Of a DNA stretch of 52,439 bases, positions 1 to 15,256 are shown one piece after another. This DNA is from an uncultured Alphaproteobacteria bacterium (GTDB taxonomy: Bacteria; Pseudomonadota; Alphaproteobacteria; Rhizobiales; TMED25). The stretch is taken from NCBI GenBank assembly GCA_938074435.1, contig CALJEH010000090.1, positions 1 to 52,439 on the forward strand, given 5' to 3'. The stretch's first letter is position 1, and each line of letters begins with the position of its first letter. The position numbers and the translations under genes are program-made. The notes under the pieces are model-generated. The model worked only from the letters and a program-made list of their open reading frames with translations, had not been told where the DNA came from and did no database searches.

Positions 1-579
1 GGATCTGATGTAATTGAGAAGATTGGTCTTAGTAAGAATGAGTCAATGTGGTCATTAAATATTACTGAAGTTGTAAATCGGATTAATGAGTTACCCAGGG
101 TAAAGAAATCAGATATTAAGAAAATTTATCCCTCGACACTAGAAATAAATATTTATGAACATAATCCTATCGCAATATGGTTTTTTGATGGGAAAAAATA
201 TCTCGTCGATGACAAGTCAAATATAATAGAAAAATTAAACCCAGCTGATTTTAATAATCTAAAAGTTATTGCTGGTCACAACGCGCTTAGTGAAATCCCC
301 AATATTATAGATATTCTTCAAAAGTTTCCGTATTTCCAAAAGAAAGTAAAATCAATTTTGAGGGTTGGTGATAGAAGATGGACTGTGAGACTGTACAATG
401 GAATTACAATACATTTGCCTGAGAATAAAATTGCTGATTCAATTAGAGATCTTGAGTACTTAGACAATGAGAAATTATTGTTGAGTCGTTACATAGATGT
501 AATTGATATGAGATTACCAGATCGCATTGACATATTACCGAGTCAAATAGGTATTAGAGATAACATTAATACAATATGA
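1..579 (+). CDS. ftsQ: Cell division protein FtsQ (5'-truncated by window edge)
   Basis: Frame open from base 1; POTRA/FtsQ-like motifs (LPRVK...IYPSTLEI.I.EH.P.AIW, RRW, IDMRLPDR); directly upstream of ftsA. Confidence 0.9.
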   Translation, partial: GSDVIEKIGLSKNESMWSLNITEVVNRINELPRVKKSDIKKIYPSTLEINIYEHNPIAIWFFDGKKYLVDDKSNIIEKLNPADFNNLKVIAGHNALSEIPNIIDILQKFPYFQKKVKSILRVGDRRWTVRLYNGITIHLPENKIADSIRDLEYLDNEKLLLSRYIDVIDMRLPDRIDILPSQIGIRDNINTI

Positions 580-588
580 ATATTTAGA

Positions 589-1893
589 ATGCAGTTGATG
601 ACGTTTGATAGAATGTCAGGGAAATTCCCTGTCACAAAGAAACATAAACCAATTAATGCAATTTTAGATATTGGTTCTGATAAAATTGTATGTTTGATTT
701 CTAGGAATACTCTTACGCCAGATAATTTTTTGAATCATGAAATATTAGGATTTGGTCACCATAGATCACAAGGTTTCCAAAATGGAATGGTCACTGATCC
801 AATATTATTAGAACTGGCAATTAGATCAGCAATCGAGGATGCCGAAAAGATAGCATCAGTAACCGTTGATGAAATCGATGTTAATATTACATCACACCAA
901 GTTGAGTCAAATTTGTATGAAATTTCTGTTCCAATAAAGGAGGTGCAGGTAAGTAAGAAAGATTTATCGACAGCATATAATATTATTCAAGAACAGAATA
1001 ACGACAGGAATTTGTATATATTTGATACCATTCCGCTTAGTTTTTCAATAGATGGACAAGATTTTATTGAAGATCCGATTGGTATGTACGGAGATTTGTT
1101 AAAGATCAACTTTAATCAATTAGTTTGTAATAGATCGATAATACAAAATCTAAATAATATTGTTGAAAATGCACATTTGAAAATTGAAAGAATCCATTTT
1201 ACACCGATTGCAAGCGCTATTGCTACCTTATCAAGTGATGAGGCAGATATAGGTTCCATATTGATTGACATAGGCTCAGGAACAACATCCTATTCTATAT
1301 TTTCTGATAATGCTCTTTTATCTGCAGGAGTAATTCCAATTGGAGGCAATAACCTTACAAAAGAAATTGCTAGAACATTATGCACATCAGAGAAAGAAGC
1401 TGAAAAATTAAAAATATTATATGGTGGAGTACTTATGAACTCATATGATAACGGTGACACAATTGCAGTTAAACAGATTGGTTATTCTGAACATGAGAAT
1501 GCGTATAAGGAAATTTCAAAGGTAACAATCGCTGATATATCAAGATTTTACATGGTAGATGTATTTGAAAAGGTAAAAGAGAAAATTGAGAAAATTAATC
1601 CACATCTTACAAAACAAACAAGAATTGTTTTGACTGGGGGGGCTAGTCAATTGATTGGGATTGACGACCTTGCCGAAAAGATATTCAAATCACCTGCAAG
1701 AAGAGCTCTTCCGAATTTGAAATCAAATACATTTGACCTTGCAAGCCCAATTTTTTCCTGTGCCATTGGAATGTTAGTTTATTCACAGAATGAGACTTTT
1801 GTTAACAAAAAAATAACCACTAGAGCATTATCCTACAATCACACCAATAGTTATTTTTTAAAACTGATTGGGTGGTTTAAAGATAGTTTTTAA
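589..1893 (+). CDS. ftsA: Cell division protein FtsA
   Basis: LDIGSDKI, IDIGSGTT and VLTGGASQL actin-like ATPase motifs; ftsQ-ftsA-ftsZ order. Confidence 0.96.
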   Translation: MQLMTFDRMSGKFPVTKKHKPINAILDIGSDKIVCLISRNTLTPDNFLNHEILGFGHHRSQGFQNGMVTDPILLELAIRSAIEDAEKIASVTVDEIDVNITSHQVESNLYEISVPIKEVQVSKKDLSTAYNIIQEQNNDRNLYIFDTIPLSFSIDGQDFIEDPIGMYGDLLKINFNQLVCNRSIIQNLNNIVENAHLKIERIHFTPIASAIATLSSDEADIGSILIDIGSGTTSYSIFSDNALLSAGVIPIGGNNLTKEIARTLCTSEKEAEKLKILYGGVLMNSYDNGDTIAVKQIGYSEHENAYKEISKVTIADISRFYMVDVFEKVKEKIEKINPHLTKQTRIVLTGGASQLIGIDDLAEKIFKSPARRALPNLKSNTFDLASPIFSCAIGMLVYSQNETFVNKKITTRALSYNHTNSYFLKLIGWFKDSF

Positions 1894-1944
1894 GTAAAAA
1901 TATAAAGAAATGACAATATTAATGTTAAACACAGGAAGATCATC

Positions 1945-3732
1945 ATGACAATAAATTTAAAGATTCCAGATGCAATGAGTGAATTAAAACCTAGAATTAC
2001 TGTTTTCGGTGTGGGTGGTGCTGGCGGTAATGCAGTAAATAATATGATTCAAGAAGGTTTAGATGGTGTTGAATTTGTTGTTGCTAATACAGATGCGCAG
2101 GCCCTAGCAATGTCTAGTGCTGAAAGAAGAATACAAATGGGTACAAGTCTTACAGAAGGGCTTGGAGCTGGATCCCAACCAAAAATTGGTGCAGGAGCTG
2201 CACAAGAAGCGCAAGCGGAGATTCTAGATTACTCAGCGGGATCACATATGGTATTTATTACTGCAGGTATGGGAGGAGGAACAGGAACAGGGGCTGCTCC
2301 TGTGATAGCTCAATTGTGCAAAGAACAGGGAATATTAACAGTTGCTGTTGTAACAAAACCATTTCAATTTGAAGGTGTCAGAAGAATGCAAATAGCAGAT
2401 GAGGGTATCGAAGAGTTAAGCAAGTACGTAGATACACTCATTGTTATCCCTAATCAAAATTTATTTAGGATTGCAAATGAAAAAACTACGTTTTCGGATG
2501 CTTTTGCAATGGCGGATCAAGTTCTACTATCTGGAGTTTCAGGCATAACTGATCTTATGGTGAAAGAAGGATTGATTAACCTTGACTTTGCTGATGTAAA
2601 ATCAATTATGCAAGGAATGGGTAAAGCTATGATGGGAACTGGAGAGGCTAGCGGTGAAAAACGAGCAGTTGAAGCTGCAGAAGCAGCAATATCTAACCCA
2701 TTATTAGATGATGTGTCTATGAAAGGAGCTCAAGGTCTTCTCATATCAATTACAGGCGGTGAAGATCTAACTTTATTTGAAGTTGATGAAGTGGCAACGA
2801 GGATCAGAAATGAAGTTGATAATAATGCGAATATAATTCTCGGTGCAACTTTTGACTCAAATCTTGAGGGATCGGTTAAAGTATCAGTTGTTGCAACGGG
2901 AATTCAAAGTAATGTCAAAAATATTGACTCAACTAGTTTTACCTATAACAGAAATTATTCAATACCTAGAATAAATCAGAATCAAAATAATTTACATGAA
3001 CCCTCAAAGGTAGAAGAATCAGGGGCATCAGAGCAAATGTATAGTTCACTGGATGATAATAAAGAAGAGGTAAAAAAAGATTCTGAAGTATTAATTAAAA
3101 AAATTGATTCAAACCACAGTTTTTTCAAAGTTAATAGGAATGAAAAATCAAATCAGAAAGAAACGCAGAAAAAAAATTATGGTGACTTTGATCTTGCAAG
3201 TAATTTACAAAACACGGATGAAAATGATGTGCCAAGGGTCAATGAGTTCTTTTCAATAAAAGAAGATAATATTTCTTTTGCTATGAATGAGAGTTTGTTA
3301 GATAAAGATTCAAAAAAAACCAAAAATAGTTTTTTTAGTAAAATTGTGAGCGTTGGTTTTAAGAGAAAAGAGTTGGATGATTATACTGTTAATACAAGTG
3401 AACAATATCCAGAGGTGTCATTGAGCGCTGATTCAATATTTTCATTGGAGGATAAAGATTCAGATATAAATGAGACTCTAGTTAATAATCTATCGAATGA
3501 GAAATTTTCAACCGATGTAGATGACAAATTTGAGAATTTACAATCTGATATTGAAAATGGACTTAATCAAGATCAAATATCTAGCTCATCTGAGAAGGGT
3601 GAACATCAAAAGCAACTCCAAGATGATCTTTTAACTGTAAATACTGATGACAAGCTTGAGTTACAAACAATAGAAGATGAGATTGAGAATGATATTGAAA
3701 TTCCATCATTCTTGAAAAGACAAGCAAACTAA
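1945..3732 (+). CDS. ftsZ: Cell division protein FtsZ with long C-terminal linker
   Basis: GGAGGNAVN, tubulin signature GGGTGTG, INLDFAD; C-terminal peptide [13 protein letters not shown]. Confidence 0.99.
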   Translation: MTINLKIPDAMSELKPRITVFGVGGAGGNAVNNMIQEGLDGVEFVVANTDAQALAMSSAERRIQMGTSLTEGLGAGSQPKIGAGAAQEAQAEILDYSAGSHMVFITAGMGGGTGTGAAPVIAQLCKEQGILTVAVVTKPFQFEGVRRMQIADEGIEELSKYVDTLIVIPNQNLFRIANEKTTFSDAFAMADQVLLSGVSGITDLMVKEGLINLDFADVKSIMQGMGKAMMGTGEASGEKRAVEAAEAAISNPLLDDVSMKGAQGLLISITGGEDLTLFEVDEVATRIRNEVDNNANIILGATFDSNLEGSVKVSVVATGIQSNVKNIDSTSFTYNRNYSIPRINQNQNNLHEPSKVEESGASEQMYSSLDDNKEEVKKDSEVLIKKIDSNHSFFKVNRNEKSNQKETQKKNYGDFDLASNLQNTDENDVPRVNEFFSIKEDNISFAMNESLLDKDSKKTKNSFFSKIVSVGFKRKELDDYTVNTSEQYPEVSLSADSIFSLEDKDSDINETLVNNLSNEKFSTDVDDKFENLQSDIENGLNQDQISSSSEKGEHQKQLQDDLLTVNTDDKLELQTIEDEIENDIEIPSFLKRQAN

Positions 3733-3801
3733 ATATTTTTTCTGTATTGTGCAGAATATATTTGTTATAAAGCTAGCATATTCTATATAAGTCGCTTTAA
3801 T

Positions 3802-4665
3802 ATGCAAAGAACAATCTCAAATGAAATAAGCTTTTCTGGAAAAGGCGTACATACTAACAAAGTTAGCAATTTGACGTTGACACCAGCAAAAGAAGATACT
3901 GGGATAATATTTAGGAGATTAGATGCCTCAGAGGATAAATCTATAATAAATGCATCATATCAAAATGTTATTTCAACACATTATTGTACAGAATTATCAA
4001 ATTCATTCGGCACTTCAATTTTGACTGTTGAGCATCTGCTTGCTGCCTTGAATGGAGCTGGAATTGATAACCTTAAAATAAATATTGATGGACCAGAGGT
4101 TCCAATCCTAGATGGAAGTAGTAGAATTTTCCTTGATGCAATAAATAGTCAAAAAGAAATTCTAAATAAACCAAAAAAAATAATTAGAATTAAAGAAAAA
4201 ATAGAAATTACTGAAAACCATTCATACGCGAGTTTTGAACCAGCAGATACATTGGAAATCAATGCTGAAATAAATTTTGATCATCTTCTCATTGGCAAGC
4301 AGAAAATGGAGCTTTTAATTAATGAAGAAACATTTTATGACGAATTATCAGAGGCTAGAACATTTGGGTTTTTGAAACATGCTGAGAAATTGCATTCAAG
4401 AGGTTATGGATTAGGTGTGAATTTATCAAATGCAATTGTTTTAACTGAAAAAACAATTATGAATATTAACGGTTTAAAATATGACAATGAGTTCATAAGG
4501 CATAAAATTTTAGATATATGCGGTGATCTGAAATTAGCAGGATATGGTATTATTGGTAAATATACGTCAGTATGTGGGGGGCATAACCTAAATTATTTCG
4601 CTTTGAAAAATTTGTTTGAAAATCCAAATGCTTGGGTATTAGAGGAATTAGATGATCAAAAATAA
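3802..4665 (+). CDS. lpxC: UDP-3-O-acyl-N-acetylglucosamine deacetylase
   Basis: MQRTI start, TVEHLLAAL, EVPILDGS, ARTFGF, RHKILD Zn motifs; follows ftsZ. Confidence 0.97.
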   Translation: MQRTISNEISFSGKGVHTNKVSNLTLTPAKEDTGIIFRRLDASEDKSIINASYQNVISTHYCTELSNSFGTSILTVEHLLAALNGAGIDNLKINIDGPEVPILDGSSRIFLDAINSQKEILNKPKKIIRIKEKIEITENHSYASFEPADTLEINAEINFDHLLIGKQKMELLINEETFYDELSEARTFGFLKHAEKLHSRGYGLGVNLSNAIVLTEKTIMNINGLKYDNEFIRHKILDICGDLKLAGYGIIGKYTSVCGGHNLNYFALKNLFENPNAWVLEELDDQK

Positions 4666-4679
4666 TATAGCTCAAAACC

Positions 4680-4702
4680 TAACAATCTACAGAAGATTGT
4701 TA
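4680..4702 (+). terminator. Hairpin after lpxC (possible terminator)
   Basis: TAACAATCT-acaga-AGATTGTTA, perfect 9-bp AT-rich stem; no strong U-tract. Confidence 0.35.
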
Positions 4703-4755
4703 ATCATTAAATTTACAGTGTATATTATAATATAATACGTTGTATTATATACAGT

Positions 4756-5550
4756 ATGAAAAACTTATTTTTTCTTTTCTTTCTTCTTATACTTATTGCT
4801 TCTTGTACAAGTAGCCCTGATGTTGAACCATACTCACAAGAAAAATTAGATAAAATTTATAATGATGCCGTTTCATATCTTGATAAAAAACAATATGAAG
4901 AGGCTGCTGATAAATTTTTAAGTGTAGAGCGAGAATATCCTTACTCAAATTGGTCTGAGAAAGCTCTTTTAATGGCATCATATTCATTATTTGAAGCAAA
5001 AAAATTTGATGATACAGTTAATCAGCTTACAAGATATATGCAGCTTTACCCAAATAGTAAGGATCTTGCTTATGCGAACTATTTAATTGGATTATCCTAT
5101 TACCTTCAAGTTGCTAATATCGGTAGAGATCAAATAAACGCCAAATTAGCCTTGCAAAGTTTTAACACAATAATTGATAGATTTCCAGAATCAGAATACG
5201 CCAAAGACTCAAGAATCAAAAGAGACTTAGCCGTTGACCATATTGCTGGATCAGAGATGGAAATTGGAAGGTATTATCAAAAAAGAAAACAACATTCGGC
5301 AGCAATTAATAGATTTAAGGTCATAATTTCTGAATATCAAACAACATCACATATTGAAGAGGCGCTTGCTAGATACTCCGAGTCATATATTTCACTTGGT
5401 ATTTTCACCGAAGCTCAATCGTCAGCAGCTATTTTAGGCTATAACTATCCAAACAGTAGATGGTATGAATATATTTATAACCAGCTTGAATATGCTGGTC
5501 TTAGACCAAAAGAAGAGAGAAGTAGCTGGATTAAGGAAGTTTGGAAATAA
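4756..5550 (+). CDS. bamD: Outer membrane protein assembly lipoprotein BamD
   Basis: Lipobox LIASC; TPR motifs YPYSNWSEKA, FPESEYAKD, LGYNYPNSRWY; lpxC-bamD-recN synteny. Confidence 0.95.
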   Translation: MKNLFFLFFLLILIASCTSSPDVEPYSQEKLDKIYNDAVSYLDKKQYEEAADKFLSVEREYPYSNWSEKALLMASYSLFEAKKFDDTVNQLTRYMQLYPNSKDLAYANYLIGLSYYLQVANIGRDQINAKLALQSFNTIIDRFPESEYAKDSRIKRDLAVDHIAGSEMEIGRYYQKRKQHSAAINRFKVIISEYQTTSHIEEALARYSESYISLGIFTEAQSSAAILGYNYPNSRWYEYIYNQLEYAGLRPKEERSSWIKEVWK

Positions 5551-5572
5551 ATAGCAAGGTCAAAATACTTCT

Positions 5573-11170
<5,598 letters not shown>

Positions 11171-11223
11171 GATTTTTTCAATATTATTTCATATATTTTT
11201 AATGCAATCATTTTATATATATG

Positions 11224-11240
11224 TATGCATAAAATGCATA
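11224..11240. promoter_or_regulatory. LysR-type T-N11-A palindromic operator
   Basis: TATGCAT-AAA-ATGCATA perfect inverted repeat; a further ATGCAT at 11269-11274; lies between divergent genes. Confidence 0.6.
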
Positions 11241-11345
11241 TCTATTATAAATTTTTTGTACTACTCATATGCATTTAACTAACTATATATATTGATATAG
11301 CTAATTACAAAACTAAACTAAATAGAAAATATAGAAAGGAAAAAA

Positions 11346-11525
11346 ATGCAGTTTACAAATTACTCAATAAACCTTGCAAATGGTTTTTTTGGTATCAACT
11401 TTAATTCTAATAAGAAAAAGCAAGCTTATTTAAAAGCCGCACGTGAATTCGCTAAGGCAGAAGGTCTGCCTGTAGGTGATGTTCTCGTCTCCATCGGTAG
11501 AGCATCTTATTCAAAGTTAAAGTAA
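11346..11525 (+). CDS. Small hypothetical protein, 59 aa (not in ORF track): MQFTNYSINLANGFFGINFNSNKKKQAYLKAAREFAKAEGLPVGDVLVSIGRASYSKLK
   Basis: AGAAAGGA RBS just upstream of ATG 11346; open frame to TAA 11523-11525; fills an otherwise empty gap. Confidence 0.75.
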   Translation: MQFTNYSINLANGFFGINFNSNKKKQAYLKAAREFAKAEGLPVGDVLVSIGRASYSKLK

Positions 11526-11572
11526 CACCCAATAATATAAATAATACGATCAATAAGGAAGATAATAAAACT

Positions 11573-11785
11573 ATGGAATATATCCTTAACAATTCAGTTA
11601 GTGCCGTTGAAACCATATTCACAACAATTAATAAAGCTTTAAAGGGTTTCTTTAAAAGTTGGGTTTTGGCAAGGCAATACCAAGCAAATTATTATGTTGC
11701 AGAGAAATTAGTAAATACAGAAGACTATAAGGGTTTATCTCTGCAAGACATTGTAGTTAAACTTAATAATAGAACTTCTAAGTAA
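11573..11785 (+). CDS. Small hypothetical protein, 70 aa
   Basis: TAAGGAAG RBS; amphipathic helical sequence; followed by a hairpin. Confidence 0.8.
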   Translation: MEYILNNSVSAVETIFTTINKALKGFFKSWVLARQYQANYYVAEKLVNTEDYKGLSLQDIVVKLNNRTSK

Positions 11786-11795
11786 TTATATGATT

Positions 11796-11827
11796 TATTT
11801 GGATTATTATACGTGATCATCTAAATA
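11796..11827 (+). terminator. Hairpin downstream of the two small ORFs
   Basis: TATTTGGAT...ATCTAAATA stem closing on a TACG loop, between convergent genes. Confidence 0.45.
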
Positions 11828-11883
11828 GAAATTAATTACATATACATATACATATAGCCTCTATATATATTTTGATAACCTAA

Positions 11884-12765
11884 TTACTTTCTATATTGGT
11901 TACTCTTGCAATACACTAATGTAAGAGTAACCCACTCTGCATACTGAATTTCTTTTATTTTCATAAAACCGATACTCAAAAAATACATAAGTATTGATCT
12001 TTTCTGGGAATAAGTTATGCCCGATAATATTAAGATACCGTCTTTATCTAATAATTTTTTTAAATCAAATCGTACTTTATTGATTACATTAGCCAAGATG
12101 TTAACAATTATAAGGTCATAACCATTACCTTGTAATTTTTTACAATCTCTCATAATATCTAATACTTTATATGTAACTGATGGATTAACATTATTTTTTT
12201 TGAAGTTAATTTTTGTAATTTCAATTGCGACGGGATCATTGTCAATTGCAATCCCACTGCAATACCACAATTTACTTGAAATAATTGATAATATCCCGCT
12301 TCCAGTTCCAATATCAAGAAAGTTATTAATCTTTCTGTTTTTCCTTAAGTCTGATAAGGCTTCAATACACCCATATGTTGTTTCATGATGACCTGTTCCG
12401 AAGGCCATGCTTGCATTAATACATAGATCTATATTTGAATATTTTGATCTTGAATAATTGTCATTATGTATAATGATATCTTTACTTATAATAGGTTTTA
12501 GGTTCTTTTGTGTCTCAAGTACCCAATTTTTTTTTGGAATGTTTTTTATGTTAAAGTTTGCAAATTTTCCAAACACACTCTGAATTATTTTTATAATATT
12601 AGTTTCATTTTTTTTATCAAAATGAAAACTTATGCATTGATCTTTCCCTGTATTTGCTTGTGAAATTGATAGGATACCTTTTTCAAATAAATAATCATCA
12701 TCTAATTCATCTATTGAAAGATCAGACTTGATTATTGCTTCAACATATTTAGTCATTTTTAACAA
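11884..12765 (-). CDS. prmA: Ribosomal protein L11 methyltransferase (start probably 12756)
   Basis: SMAFGTGHHETT, LDIGTGSGILS, IDNDP, NILA, LILSGI. Confidence 0.94.
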   Translation of the reverse strand: MLKMTKYVEAIIKSDLSIDELDDDYLFEKGILSISQANTGKDQCISFHFDKKNETNIIKIIQSVFGKFANFNIKNIPKKNWVLETQKNLKPIISKDIIIHNDNYSRSKYSNIDLCINASMAFGTGHHETTYGCIEALSDLRKNRKINNFLDIGTGSGILSIISSKLWYCSGIAIDNDPVAIEITKINFKKNNVNPSVTYKVLDIMRDCKKLQGNGYDLIIVNILANVINKVRFDLKKLLDKDGILILSGITYSQKRSILMYFLSIGFMKIKEIQYAEWVTLTLVYCKSNQYRK

Positions 12766-14983
12766 CTTCTAAATACGAAGATAGAACAATTTTCTTACCA
12801 GCTTTATCGAAATCAACTTCAACCCGATCATTTTCATTATCAATTACAATTCCATAACCGAATTTAGTATGAAAAACACGCTGATTTTGCAATACGCTTA
12901 CATCAGTATAATCTGATATATCTTCGAAAGCTTCTATGTTGTTATTGAAATGTCCTGCAGCCTTTAATCTATCAATAGCTGACAACTTCTTCTTTTGATA
13001 ATCAAATGCTGATGTGTTCTGAATACCATTTCCATAGGTATTTATTGTAATTCCACTTAAGGTTGAGTCATCATCAATAAATTCTCTCGAAATTTCAGAA
13101 ATGAAACGAGAAGGAATTGATTGCATCCAATTACCATAAACCCTTCGGTTTTGCGAATGAATTAGGTATAGATATTTTTTTGCTCGTGTCATTCCTACGT
13201 GAGCAAGTCTTCGCTCTTCTTCGAGTCCACTATTACCTTTTTCATCTAATGATCTTTGATTTGGGAAAATGCCTTCTTCAAGACCGGGCATAAAAACACA
13301 ATCAAATTCAAGTCCTTTTGCAGAGTGTAGAGTCATCAAGCTAACTTTGCTAGAACTCTGATCATTTTCAACTTCAAGTACCAATGAGATATGCTCAATG
13401 AATTCATGCAATGAATTAAATTCGGCAATTTGTCCAACAAGTTCCTTAATATTTTCTATTCTCGTTAGACTTGTTGGCGTTTTATCTTTCTCCCACATTT
13501 CTATGTACCCTGAGTCTTCTAAAATTAGTTCAGTGAGAGTAACATGGTCTAACTCATTTAATTTTTGTTTCCAATTTTCAATCATCGCTATAAAGCTACT
13601 AAGTTGAGTCCTTTGTTGAGGTTTTAACTCGTCAGTTTGTATGAGCTTTTTTGAAACATCAAAAAGTGATAGTTTATATATCTTTGATGCGTCATTAAGC
13701 ATTCTGATGGTTGTTTCACCCAAGCCTCTTTTGGGAACATTCAGTATACGCTCAAATTTAAGATCATGATTTTGATTTAATAATAACTGCAAATAAGCAA
13801 TTACATCTCTTATTTCTTGTCTTTCATAGAATTTTGGACCACCAATTACTCTATATGGTATACTGTTTAGTATTAATCTATCTTCAATTTCTCTCATTTG
13901 AAAACTTGCTCTTACAAGGATTGATATCTGATCTAGATCAATTTTTGATATTAATTTTCTATCAATCTCATCTGATATAAACATTGCTTCATCCTCTGCG
14001 CTCCATACAGACACAAGTTTGACTTTGTCACCTACATCATCTGAGCTGGAAGATAATTCTTTCCCCAGCCTATCAATATTATTTGCAATTAGACTCCTTG
14101 CGGCGCCTAGTATATTCACAGTGGATCTATAGTTTTTTTCAAGCCGAATTATTTTTGATCCATCAAAATCTTTTTCAAAGTTTAATATATTATTCACATC
14201 AGCTCCTCTCCAACCATATATAGATTGGTCATCATCGCCGACACATGCAATATTTCTAGTTTTCTGGGATAAAATTCTGAGTAGTTGATACTGAACTGTA
14301 TTTGTATCCTGGTACTCATCAACTAGGATATACTTAAAAGTTGATTGAAACTTATCAAGTATTGCTTCATTTTTTATTAAAATTTGCAAAGGTAACAATA
14401 ATAAATCTCCAAAATCAGCGGAATTTAGTGTCTTTAACCTTTGTTGGTAATTCTTGTATACTTCTATGCTTTTTTCATGAATAAAATTTAGGTCTATTTC
14501 AGTTTTAACATTTTCTGGTGTTAGTCCCTTATTCTTGCATTGATCAATGAATGAAAGAAATAACCTCGGAGGAAATTGCTTTTCATCAATGTCTAGAAGT
14601 CTAATAACTTCTTTTATAACTTTTAGTTGGTCATCGGTATCTAAGATTGTAAAGTCACTTTTTAAATCGACCAGTTCTGCATGCATTCTTAGTAATTTTG
14701 TTCCAATAGAATGAAATGTACCAAGCCAATTCATTCCTTCAACCGCTTTACCAATGATATTTCCAATTCTGAGTTGCATCTCTTTTGCAGCTTTGTTTGT
14801 AAAAGTAACTGCTAAAATATTATTTGGAAACGCTAGTTTTTTATTAATAATGTGTGCAAGTCTTGAAGTTAAGACGCTTGTTTTACCTGTGCCGGCTCCT
14901 GCGAGTATTAATAGAGGACCTTCAGTATGGAGGACAGCAGCTTTCTGTTGTTCATTGAGATAGGATAGATAATCAGTGTTCAT
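12749..14983 (-). CDS. uvrD: ATP-dependent DNA helicase UvrD/PcrA
   Basis: LAGAGTGKT, AVTFTNKAA, VDEYQDTN, NYRS, TLHSAKGLEF, EEERRL, C-terminal Tudor-like RVFHTKFGYG. Confidence 0.97.
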   Translation of the reverse strand: MNTDYLSYLNEQQKAAVLHTEGPLLILAGAGTGKTSVLTSRLAHIINKKLAFPNNILAVTFTNKAAKEMQLRIGNIIGKAVEGMNWLGTFHSIGTKLLRMHAELVDLKSDFTILDTDDQLKVIKEVIRLLDIDEKQFPPRLFLSFIDQCKNKGLTPENVKTEIDLNFIHEKSIEVYKNYQQRLKTLNSADFGDLLLLPLQILIKNEAILDKFQSTFKYILVDEYQDTNTVQYQLLRILSQKTRNIACVGDDDQSIYGWRGADVNNILNFEKDFDGSKIIRLEKNYRSTVNILGAARSLIANNIDRLGKELSSSSDDVGDKVKLVSVWSAEDEAMFISDEIDRKLISKIDLDQISILVRASFQMREIEDRLILNSIPYRVIGGPKFYERQEIRDVIAYLQLLLNQNHDLKFERILNVPKRGLGETTIRMLNDASKIYKLSLFDVSKKLIQTDELKPQQRTQLSSFIAMIENWKQKLNELDHVTLTELILEDSGYIEMWEKDKTPTSLTRIENIKELVGQIAEFNSLHEFIEHISLVLEVENDQSSSKVSLMTLHSAKGLEFDCVFMPGLEEGIFPNQRSLDEKGNSGLEEERRLAHVGMTRAKKYLYLIHSQNRRVYGNWMQSIPSRFISEISREFIDDDSTLSGITINTYGNGIQNTSAFDYQKKKLSAIDRLKAAGHFNNNIEAFEDISDYTDVSVLQNQRVFHTKFGYGIVIDNENDRVEVDFDKAGKKIVLSSYLEVVKND

Positions 14984-15005
14984 AATAAATTATACCTACA
15001 CTATT

Positions 15006-15033
15006 GTTATGTAATTTGAGTTATGTAAATTGA
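15006..15033. repeat. 14-bp tandem direct repeat upstream of uvrD
   Basis: GTTATGTAATTTGA followed by GTTATGTAAATTGA (13/14 identical). Confidence 0.7.
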
Positions 15034-15042
15034 ATTAACCAA

Positions 15043-15252
15043 CTAATTTTTGTTTTTTGTGGAATAATCTAACACATATAATCTAATTGCAGATGCTAAA
15101 TTATCACTTTTCTTTTGGTTTTCAATTAACTCAAGCAATTTGGGGATAGATAAATTCATTTCAAAGGATATTTTTTGAACAAAAAGCCAGAATTCATCTT
15201 CTAGAGCAATACTTGTCCGATGTCCTGCTATACTTACTGACCGCTTTTTCAT
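15043..15252 (-). CDS. Ribbon-helix-helix domain protein (RHH_4 type)
   Basis: KRSVSIAGHRTSIALEDEFW...NLASAIRLYVL; usual alphaproteobacterial neighbour of fumC. Confidence 0.9.
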   Translation of the reverse strand: MKKRSVSIAGHRTSIALEDEFWLFVQKISFEMNLSIPKLLELIENQKKSDNLASAIRLYVLDYSTKNKN

Positions 15253-15256
15253 TGAT

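Noticed and set aside
11836..11872. TA/CA-rich low-complexity stretch (tacatatacatatacatata)
   Set aside because: Short microsatellite-like sequence in a convergent spacer; no spacer-repeat structure, so not CRISPR.
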